Assembly: GCA_963745025.1 (NCBI GenBank)
Contig: CAVUWD010000016.1
Location: 672,001-736,000, forward strand
DNA from: an uncultured delta proteobacterium
Lineage (GTDB): Bacteria; Desulfobacterota; Binatia; JACPRU01
Direction of reading: 5' to 3'
Length of the DNA stretch: 64,000 nt
A program made the position numbers and the translations under genes. The stretch's first letter is position 1. Each line of letters starts with the position of its first letter. The notes beneath the pieces were generated by a model. That model had not been told where the DNA came from and ran no database searches. It saw nothing but the letters and a program-made list of their open reading frames with translations. Shown one piece after another: positions 39,114 to 51,614 of this stretch.

Positions 39114-39671
39114 ATGGTGGCGAACCGGTTCCTTCGCGCGATCGAGATCGTCCTCGAAGCGGCTGGCCGTGGAGGTTTCCGGGTCGCGTTGATCGGCGGC
39201 TTCGCGCTCCCGTTTCACGGGGTCATGCGCGCGACCGGGGACGTCGACTTTCTCGTAGAGGTCGCCGGCGCTGATCCGCTTCATGAAACCCTGCTCAGCG
39301 TCGGGCAGCGGTGCCTGAACCGCACCGACGAGCTCGCGAACTACGAATCGACCCGCCCGGAGATCGCGCCCGTGGACGTCCTCTACGCGCGACGACGGCC
39401 CTCGGTCGCCATGCTCGCTCGTGCGCGCATCACGCGGTCGGCGGGCCTCGGGCTCGAGGTACCGGTCGTTGATGCCGAAGGAATCATCGGGCTCAAGGTC
39501 CAGGCGATGGCGAACAACCCGGCTCGACGGGATCGGGAGCGAGATGACATCCGGGAGCTCCTCATCGCGCAGCGCTCGCACCTGGACCTGGAGCTCGTCC
39601 GCAAGTACCATCGAATTTTCGGGCTTGAGGAACAGCTGGAGGAGATGCTGCGTGAAATCGAAGCAAGCTAG
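39114..39671 (+). CDS. Pol-beta-superfamily nucleotidyltransferase (DUF6036/AbiEii-like, putative TA component)
   Basis: ALIGGFAL..HG..RATGDVDFLV, IIGLK..A and DRERDDI motifs. Confidence 0.82.
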   Translation: MVANRFLRAIEIVLEAAGRGGFRVALIGGFALPFHGVMRATGDVDFLVEVAGADPLHETLLSVGQRCLNRTDELANYESTRPEIAPVDVLYARRRPSVAMLARARITRSAGLGLEVPVVDAEGIIGLKVQAMANNPARRDRERDDIRELLIAQRSHLDLELVRKYHRIFGLEEQLEEMLREIEAS

Positions 39672-39858
39672 ACGGGCATCGCGAGCGGCGGGGCGGAGGC
39701 CAGCGACCGATCCTCGCGCCGACCAGCGACGCATCAGGCCGGTCGGTCGGATCCGCGATCTCCGCGAGTACCTCGAGTTCCTCGAGGAGATCGAGCGGAT
39801 ATTCGGTCCGACGCGGCAACCCCGGCGAATATCCCGGGGAGACCATTTCCTGCTCTGA
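39652..39858 (+). CDS. Small partner protein of the nucleotidyltransferase (68 aa)
   Basis: GTG start after GGAGGAG, overlapping the upstream gene; ends LREYLEFLEEIERIF..GDHFLL. Confidence 0.6.
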   Translation: MKSKQARRASRAAGRRPATDPRADQRRIRPVGRIRDLREYLEFLEEIERIFGPTRQPRRISRGDHFLL

Positions 39859-40061
39859 CGGGCGAAGTAGCGATTCCCGGCGTCGGCCCTTCGACGCGAG
39901 CCGCAACACAGGCGTGACTCAGGCCAGCCGTCATGGTGGCACTGCCGTCCTCTCGCTTATGAGACGATTCCTACCCCGGTGTCTCACTTCCAAGAAGGGG
40001 GGCTTCGCGAAGCCGGGGTGCACGCGCTTGATTTCACACGCAAGAATACCTGTTTTCGACC

Positions 40062-40077
40062 TGGCACGTTTGATGCT
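40062..40077 (+). promoter_or_regulatory. Sigma54 -24/-12 promoter
   Basis: TGGCACGTTTGATGCT is near consensus; TGAGAC-N15-GTCTCA inverted repeat at 39960-39986. Confidence 0.7.
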
Positions 40078-40122
40078 CAACCGAGACGTAAATATACGAT
40101 ATTCAAGGAAAGGAGACTGGAC

Positions 40123-40224
40123 ATGAAGGCGACAATTGTCTTTCGAACTAGTCCCCGCTTTCTCCTTGAATATCTACCGCCACCCGTCGTATCGCGCACA
40201 CGGGACCGGAAGGGATCTGCTTAG
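40123..40224 (+). CDS. Putative 33-aa small protein
   Basis: AAGGAAAGGAG RBS then MKATIVFRTSPRFLLEYLPPPVVSRTRDRKGSA, directly after the sigma54 promoter. Confidence 0.4.
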   Translation: MKATIVFRTSPRFLLEYLPPPVVSRTRDRKGSA

Positions 40225-40672
40225 AGGTCCGCGGGAGCTCGATAGTGAACTTGGCGATCGCCGATCGTCTGGAAGACATGCAGCGAGCACCGATCGCGTG
40301 CCGGACTCTTCGTAGCGAGCGGAGCGCGCGGGCAACCTCGCTCGCGATCCCGAATGGCATAGGCCAACCTCCGATCGCCGTTCACGAAAGTATCTTGCCT
40401 CGTCCACCGCCTGGTTGAAGCCGCCGCGCCCCCCGTGCCGTGGTCGCCCTCGATCCCTCGATCCTGGCGCACACGAGCCGATGGGCCAAAATACACGCGC
40501 TGTTTTGCATCACAGCGCGGCGGAGAGCGTGGCGGGCGGGATCGAGGGGTCTGGAAAACTTGGAGGTGGAAGACGAGGAAAGACGAGGAAGTGAGCAATT
40601 GGCAGCAGCAAACGCGAAGAAGTGCCAGGGCTCATGAGGGATAGGGTGATTCGGACCAGGGAGGATAAAGGG

Positions 40673-42831
40673 ATGGTAAGTAAAAGAAGATTGCTCATCA
40701 TCGGGGGGTGTGTCGCGGCGGCTGCGATCAGTTTCGTGCCGCCCACGCATGCCTCGCAGAGCTTCGACAATCAGCGCGGCGACATCGCGGCGCGCGTGTC
40801 GATGCAGAACACGTTCCAGCACAACAACGCCAGCAGCATCAACTGGGTGCAGATGCGAAACGAGGTGCGCTTCGATCTGCGGTACGACCTGATCCAGCAG
40901 GGCGTGGGACAGACCTTCGGACCGGTCAACGCGCTCAAGTTCAACATCCTCTGGCGCGGGCGGTACGACGCGGTGTACGACATCCGCGGGGACTACAGAG
41001 ACCGCGACTACAACCGCGGCGACTTCGAGTTCCCGGAAGGCAAGACGCCTCGCGAGCTCTTCTTCGACGTCGGCTTCGGAGGGGCGCTGAAAAACCTCTC
41101 CCTGCGCATCGGCAAGCAGCAGGTGGTCTGGGGCGAGGCCGATCTCTTCCGGTCGCTCGACGTCGTGAACCCGCTCGACCTCCGCCAGAACGGCTTCGTC
41201 GGTGAGGACTTCGCCGACTTCCGCCAGCCGTTGTGGATCGCCAAGGGCCTCTACGCCTTGGGCGACGTCGCGAGCTTCTGGAACGAGGCCGGCGTCGAGG
41301 CCTTCTTCTCGCCGAACGCCCGGCCGTTCGTGAACCAGGATAACCTGCTAGTCCAGCAGACGTACAAGATCGGTTCCAACCAGGGCATCATCCCGATCCC
41401 GGGGAACGAACAATACGGCGGCACCCGTTGGGTGACCGAGAACTTCCGCCAGGTGCGCCATCCGTGGGAGTTCCTGCGCGTCGGCGCGAAGAAGTCGGAC
41501 TCGCCGGCGGTGCCCAGAACGCGGGTGGAACCCACTCGGACTTCATGTACAGAATCAAGAACGACGTTTCCAACTCGGAGCTCGCGTTGAGCTCCATGAT
41601 GGCGGGCGTGCGGCTCCTCGGCACGACTTACGGGAACGCGTACTTCACGCTGAACTACCTCTTCAAGCGGACCGACGGCTCGACGTCGGAGGTGGACTTC
41701 AGTCAGCTCTTCGATAATACGACAGCCTGGGACCAGTGGCTCTTCAGCCGGACGTCTTGGCGCGGGCGGTCAATGCGGAATTTACGCCCGACCTCAACGG
41801 CAACGGCATCCCCGACGGCCAGGAGGAGCAGATCCTCAACTGCATAAAGAGCGCGTACCCCAAGAGCAACGGCTTCGCGGGCGGGGCGAACCCGTTCGGG
41901 GTTGCCCCCATGACGACGCCTCACGCCGGGGAGCTGATCCTCGATCCCGGCACCGGAAATGCCGCAGCCGGGCAGTGGCACGGCTCCGTCTACTCCCCCA
42001 TTGGGCAGCCGCAGCTCCAGACCGGCCTCAAGAACCCCGCCAACCAGCTCAAGTCGGACAACGTCTCCTACAATGTGAAGAGCGATCCAACCGCACCAGC
42101 GCCGCTTGGTTCGGATCCGGACGGGCTCGTACACAGCTCGGCGTGTCTCGACGTCCCGGTGCAGCACAACTGGACGCACATCATCGGCGGCACGATGACG
42201 TACAACGACTACGAATACACCGGCCTGGTCTTCAGGCTCGAGCAGAGCTTGAGCACCAAGGAAGGGCGGCAGGACTCGCCGAGCAGCGCCGACCGCCTCC
42301 TTGAGCAGCAGGCAGGGAAAGCCCCTCCGGGTCCGACGGCGCGCGACTTCGCAACCCGCGCCGAATCGTTACACCCAGGTCTGGCGCAGCATGGTGGGCT
42401 TCGATTATCTGACCTCGGTTGCGCCGCAGTACGGCCACAGCGTGGGGAACCCGTTGCTCCACTCGCTGCTCACGGATCAGTGGTTCTTCACCTTCCAGTT
42501 CCTCAACCAGTACGACGCGCACGCGGACCACGTGAACAGCTCGGCTTCGTTCACCAACCGCTTCCAGCACTTCAACCCGTTCTTCACGGTGTCGGGCAGC
42601 GGCTTCTTCATGAACCAAAGGCTCCGGCCGACCTGGGCGGTGGCCCTGGACGCGAATCAAATGACTCCGCTCGCCTACCTCCAGATTCAGTACTACCTCG
42701 CCCCGAAGCTCGAGTTGAGGGTCGGCGAGGTCATGTACCTCGGGAGTTCCCACGCAGAGGATAACGGCGGTCTCTTCTACTACGCCGACCGCGACACCTT
42801 CTACGCACGCCTCACCTTCTTCCTCGCCTGA
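40673..42831 (+). CDS. Second DUF1302-like outer-membrane protein (three frameshifts near 41515, 41730, 42365)
   Basis: Signal peptide; LRIGKQQVVWGEADLFRSLDVVNPLD; C-terminal DRDTFYARLTFFLA; the pieces join across frames. Confidence 0.75.
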
Positions 42832-42839
42832 GCACCCGT

Positions 42840-42870
42840 CGGGGCGGAGGTCATCGCGACCTCCGCCCCG
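42840..42870 (+). terminator. GC-rich hairpin, putative terminator
   Basis: CGGGGCGGAGGTC-ATCGC-GACCTCCGCCCCG just after the stop; no U-tract. Confidence 0.45.
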
Positions 42871-43251
42871 CCCCACCCAAGCTCCTTCCGTTCACCGCGC
42901 GGCAGTCGAGAACGCGAAGCTCCGGCTGCAACAGTGCTCGATCGATTCGCCGATCGACGGCCGGATCGGTCGGACCCGTCGTTCATGCCGGCGACGTCGT
43001 CAAAGGGCACGAGACGGCGCTCGCGGTGATCAACCAGGTGACCGCCCTGCCCCCGCGCGGATCGTCGCCGTCGGCCACCGCGACCGGCGAGCGCGAGATG
43101 CAAAAGATCACCGTCACCGGCGAGCGAAGCCGGTAGGCGGAAGGGCTCGGCGATCGACTACTGGCTGCCGGCTACAGGCTGTCGGCCATCGGCTCCCGGC
43201 CAAGACTCGCCAGACGAGTTCCTTCGCCCGATCGCCGATGGCCGAGAGCCG

Positions 43252-44685
43252 CTACTGCATCTTCGCCGGCTCGGGCGCCTTGGCTGGCGCCGGCGCTGCT
43301 TCGCTCGTGGCAGAAGGCTCGCCGACGACCACGAACTCCGCCCGCCGGTTGACCGCACGGGCCCACGGAGTCTGCATGTCGATCAGCGGCTTGTCCTCGC
43401 CGAAGCTCACCGTCGAGATCCGCGCGGGATCGACGCCGAGTCGAATCAGCTCCGCCTTGACCGTCTCGGCGCGCTGCATGCCGAGCTTCTTGTTGTAATC
43501 CTCGGTGCCGATGTAGTCGGTGTGACCCTGGATCTCGATCTTGACGTTCCTCCCTTCCTTCAGCTTCTGCGAGACCAGGTACACGCGGCCGCGTCCGACG
43601 TCCGTCAGCGTCGCCTTGTCGAAATGGAACGTGACGTCCGGGAACGCGACCCTCTCGACTTGAATCACGCGATCCCGATAGACGATCCTCTCTTTAGGGA
43701 CTGCGGGCATCGCTGGCGGCGGCTGCGGGCCGCTGTAGCTGATGCCTCCGAGAACGCTGTAGTCGGAGACGGAGTTGGACAGCCCGAAATCGACCCCACC
43801 CTGCGCCGCCAAGCCGTTCACCAGGGTATAGCGGAACCCGGTGAGGATCGCTTGGTAATCGTCGATCTGCTTGATCGTCCCGGTGTTGCCTCGATACTCG
43901 ACCGTCGAATCGAAGGTGCCGATGTGGTTCACCCAAAGGGGCAGCTTGAGACCGGCCCCGTACTCGACGACCGCGCTTTTCATGTCGATGTTTGGAAAGC
44001 CCTTGCGACGGAGCTGCGCGTAGACCGGTTCGGTCTGCCGGTCGAGGCGGAAAACACTCGGATTGCTCGGGAAGAGACCGCCCAGGTTGGCCGTTAGGGT
44101 CACCGGCACGTCCCCGGGCAGAGTGAAGAGATTCTTGTCGAGGACGGCCATGACGTCGCCACCGACCTTGTCGCCGTTCAACGCCGTGTTGCGATCGAGC
44201 TGCGCCGGCAGCTGCTTGCTGCCCGTCGGCAGCTGCGCCTGGCCGGAGATTGCCAGGCTGAAGGGCATGGGGCTTTGGTCCTCCTCGAAGAGCCGGAACT
44301 TGGGCCCGATACGGACATCGCCCACCTTGTGAGAGACGTCCTCCTCGTTCCTCTGCTCGGCATGGAAGTTGACGTAAGGTACCTGGAGGGAGAGCTCGAC
44401 GCCGTCCCAGACGCCCAGCGTGACGACGAATTCCCACTGAGTGAGCGACGTATCGCGCAGCTGACCTGTCGAGGGCTCGAAGACCTTGTTGCTCTGGATA
44501 TCGGTGCGATAGTAGGTGCCGAGCGACAGCGTGCCGCGCGGGATCGTTTGGGTCGTCGGCAAGGTCAATAGACCGGTCTCACCGGTCTCGGTCGGCGCGA
44601 GCGGCTGATCCGCCCTGGCGCCGATCGGGGCCACGATGAGGCCGCTCAGCAATGCCGCGAGAAACACCCCCTTAGGCATCTTCAT
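43252..44685 (-). CDS. OmpA-family outer-membrane protein with N-terminal beta-barrel
   Basis: Signal peptide; GETGLLTLPT; OmpA C-domain FHFDKA, IQGHTDYIG..YNKKLGMQRA and NRRAEF. Confidence 0.9.
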   Translation of the reverse strand: MKMPKGVFLAALLSGLIVAPIGARADQPLAPTETGETGLLTLPTTQTIPRGTLSLGTYYRTDIQSNKVFEPSTGQLRDTSLTQWEFVVTLGVWDGVELSLQVPYVNFHAEQRNEEDVSHKVGDVRIGPKFRLFEEDQSPMPFSLAISGQAQLPTGSKQLPAQLDRNTALNGDKVGGDVMAVLDKNLFTLPGDVPVTLTANLGGLFPSNPSVFRLDRQTEPVYAQLRRKGFPNIDMKSAVVEYGAGLKLPLWVNHIGTFDSTVEYRGNTGTIKQIDDYQAILTGFRYTLVNGLAAQGGVDFGLSNSVSDYSVLGGISYSGPQPPPAMPAVPKERIVYRDRVIQVERVAFPDVTFHFDKATLTDVGRGRVYLVSQKLKEGRNVKIEIQGHTDYIGTEDYNKKLGMQRAETVKAELIRLGVDPARISTVSFGEDKPLIDMQTPWARAVNRRAEFVVVGEPSATSEAAPAPAKAPEPAKMQ

Positions 44686-44806
44686 CTCTTCTCCCTCTTC
44701 TTCCTCTTCTCTCTCTTATCCCGCCTGTGGTGAGCCCTGCCAAATTTTGTACGGATTTGGAAACCTGTCAATTCGCCTTGAAGCGAAAACAAAAATGGCA
44801 GACGCT

Positions 44807-49168
<4,362 letters not shown>

Positions 49169-49208
49169 GGGACCTTGTAGCAAGGGACGAGAAGGGCCGC
49201 GATAGGTT

Positions 49209-49263
49209 GGCTGCAGGCTACAGGAAGAGACGCCCCGAGTCCTTTCCTGTAGCCCGTAGCCCG
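49209..49263. repeat. Heptamer-based intergenic hairpin repeat (family 2)
   Basis: GGCTGCA-GGCTACA-GGAA..TTCC-TGTAGCC-CGTAGCC; its reverse complement matches 59494-59547. Confidence 0.7.
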
Positions 49264-49545
49264 TCAGTAGATCTTGATCTTGGTGACCCTCAGCCCGTGG
49301 GACGTCCAACCGACGTCGAAGCCGACTTCCATGCCTTCGGTGAGATCGTTGATGCTGCGGCCGTCGAGGAACTCGACGAACGGCAAAACGAAGCGTATCT
49401 CCCGGCCGCTCCCCGTGCGAAGAATGCCTGTCCCTCTGCCGTACTGAACGTGCAGGATCGTGCCCCGGTAGAACGGCTCGGCTGGCGAGAAGGCCGGAGC
49501 GCCCGATCGCGGATCGTCGGCGTCGCGGGACGCGGAATCGCTCAG
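49264..49545 (-). CDS. Small OB-fold/cold-shock-like protein, probable CTG start (93 aa; not in ORF track)
   Basis: Open frame ..PFYRGTILHVQYGRGTGILRTGSGREIRF..LTEGMEVGFDVGWTSHGLRVTKIKIY*. CTG overlaps the sulfite reductase TGA; no upstream in-frame ATG/GTG/TTG. Confidence 0.7.
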   Translation of the reverse strand: MSDSASRDADDPRSGAPAFSPAEPFYRGTILHVQYGRGTGILRTGSGREIRFVLPFVEFLDGRSINDLTEGMEVGFDVGWTSHGLRVTKIKIY

Positions 49546-51194
49546 TGCACCACTCCAGCCGCGGCCTCGGCGAGGCGCTGCATCTCGGCGACACCCACGC
49601 GATCGATGAAATCTCGGAAGCTCTCACCGACGACGCGGTCGTCCCGGAAGAATCTCGTCAACGCCTCGATGACGCTCGGCACGACTTCGTCGGGGAACTT
49701 GCCCCTGAGCCGGTAACCGGTCGCGCCACTCTTTTCTCCGACGCGTCCGCCGAGCAAGATCGCGCAGTGAGGTCGCTCGCGCCCGTTCGGATCCTTGACC
49801 ATCATGCCGGTCAATCCGATATCGCCGATGTGATGCTGTCCGCAAGAGTTCGGGCACCCGCTGATCTTGACGCGGAACTTACCGAGCGTCTCGACCGCTT
49901 CGTGCGCCGACGCGAAGTGCTGCCGGATGCGCTGTGCAACTCCCATCGAGCGCGTGACCGCCAGGCTGCAGTAGTCGGCCCCCGGACAGGAGGTCACGTC
50001 GCTGAGATGGAGCGCGTTCGGCTCGGCGAGCCGCAGCGCCTCGAGCTCCCCGTAGAGGCTCGCGAGGTCACCGTCGGCGATGAACGGGAAGACCAGATTC
50101 TGGTCGTTGGTCGCGCGCAGCGTACCGTTGCCGTAATGGCGGCAGAGCTCGGTGAGCCTGCGCAGTTGCGCAGAGGTGACGTCGCCGATCGGCAGTGTCG
50201 CGGTGACACGACGATAGCCCGCCTGCCGTTGACGCTCGGTGTTCGTCCGCAGCCAATTCGCGTAGCGCGCATCGTTCCGGCTCTCCGCATTGCCGCCCGC
50301 CGGCCGGCGGGGCGCGGACAGATCGTAACTCTCGAGAGCGTTCTGCAGATCAAGGCGCAGCTCCTCGCCCTGCGCGCTCAGGATCTTTCGGAACTCCGCC
50401 TCCACCGTCGCGCCGAAGCGCTCGAGACCCATGCGCTGGACGAGGAACTTGAGACGCGCCTTGTGCCGATTCTTCCGCTCTCCATAGCGATGCTGAACGC
50501 GGACGACGGCCTCCGCATAGGCGAGCGTTTGCTCGGCCGGTAGAAAGTCGCGCAGCGGTAATGCGAGATGCGGCATGGGGCCGAGGCCGCCGCCCGAGAG
50601 CACTCGAAAGCCGCGCATGCTTCCCTGCAGTCGCGCGTAGAAGGCGAGATCGTTGATGACTCCCTGCGCCTCGTCGTCTGGGCAACCGGAGAACGCCGGC
50701 TTGAACTTTCGTGGCAGCGTGATGTTCAGCGGATGGAAGAGAAAGTAGTCCGTCAACGCAGCCGCGTACGGCAGGACGTCGAAGGGCTCCTTGGCGCAGG
50801 TCCCGGCGCACGGGGGGGCGGTGACGTTGCGGATCGAGTCGGCGCAGGCGCCGCGATTGGAGATGCCGACGTCCTGGAGGCGGTGGTAGATCTCGGCGAC
50901 GGCCTCCAAGGGAACCCAGTGGAGCTGAACGTCCTGGCGAGTCGTGACGTGCAGCAATCCCCTTCCCCATCGCTCACCGATGTCGGCGATTGCTTCGAGC
51001 TGCCCGGCGGTCAGCAACCCTCCCGTGACCTTGATCCGTTGCATGTGGCTGGTGTGATCGAGCTGGTAGTAGAGCCCATAGGACAGCCGGATCGGCCGGA
51101 ACTCTTCGGCAGAGAGCGTGCCCTTCTGAAAGCGGTCGATCCGCTCGGCATGCTCCTCGATTGCTTGGTGCAGGAAGTCTTTGGAGGGCAACAT
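49542..51194 (-). CDS. Siroheme/[4Fe-4S] nitrite/sulfite reductase
   Basis: TTRQDVQLH, LPRKFK..SGC, CPGADYC and KISGCPNSCGQHH. Confidence 0.93.
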   Translation of the reverse strand: MLPSKDFLHQAIEEHAERIDRFQKGTLSAEEFRPIRLSYGLYYQLDHTSHMQRIKVTGGLLTAGQLEAIADIGERWGRGLLHVTTRQDVQLHWVPLEAVAEIYHRLQDVGISNRGACADSIRNVTAPPCAGTCAKEPFDVLPYAAALTDYFLFHPLNITLPRKFKPAFSGCPDDEAQGVINDLAFYARLQGSMRGFRVLSGGGLGPMPHLALPLRDFLPAEQTLAYAEAVVRVQHRYGERKNRHKARLKFLVQRMGLERFGATVEAEFRKILSAQGEELRLDLQNALESYDLSAPRRPAGGNAESRNDARYANWLRTNTERQRQAGYRRVTATLPIGDVTSAQLRRLTELCRHYGNGTLRATNDQNLVFPFIADGDLASLYGELEALRLAEPNALHLSDVTSCPGADYCSLAVTRSMGVAQRIRQHFASAHEAVETLGKFRVKISGCPNSCGQHHIGDIGLTGMMVKDPNGRERPHCAILLGGRVGEKSGATGYRLRGKFPDEVVPSVIEALTRFFRDDRVVGESFRDFIDRVGVAEMQRLAEAAAGVVH

Positions 51195-51210
51195 AGTGGG
51201 CCTCGCGTGA

Positions 51211-51244
51211 ATAGATAACTAAATAAGTTATTTTTGTTATCTAT
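51211..51244. promoter_or_regulatory. AT-rich palindromic operator upstream of the reductase
   Basis: ATAGATAAC-N16-GTTATCTAT with a largely self-complementary spacer, 17 bp from the ATG. Confidence 0.65.
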
Positions 51245-51284
51245 CGTGATACTGCCCGGACGCTCGAGGTCAGTCAAGAGCCAT

Positions 51285-51431
51285 CATTCACGGGACGGGG
51301 ATCCCTCAGTCTCGGCCACACGCGCTTGAAGTTCCTGAAGCGCTGATCGACCCGAGTACGGGCCGATCACAACCGACATTCACGGGACGGGGATGCCTCA
51401 GTCCACGCTCTTCGTCGTTCCGAAGCATTCG
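51285..51431. repeat. Internally deleted copy of the three-hairpin repeat with a 27-bp direct duplication
   Basis: TGATCGACCCGAGTACGGGCCGATCACAACCGAC..CACGCTCTTCGTCGTTCCGAAGCATTCG is the reverse complement of 54137-54198. CATTCACGGGACGGGGAT(C/G)CCTCAGTC occurs at 51285 and 51377. Confidence 0.85.
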
Positions 51432-51614
51432 AGGCGAAGACTGAAGGCGTTACCAGTCGATCAACGCGCGTGTGGCCCCCCGCACCGCCAAATTCGTGGA
51501 TTCCTTCGGCGCAAACCACCCTCTGGCGGCGGTGCTGTTTCTATTGTATGAGGCGCCGTTTCACGTAGCCGTACTCGAACCGTCCGCTACGCGCGGACGA
51601 TCTTTGGAGCCTTC

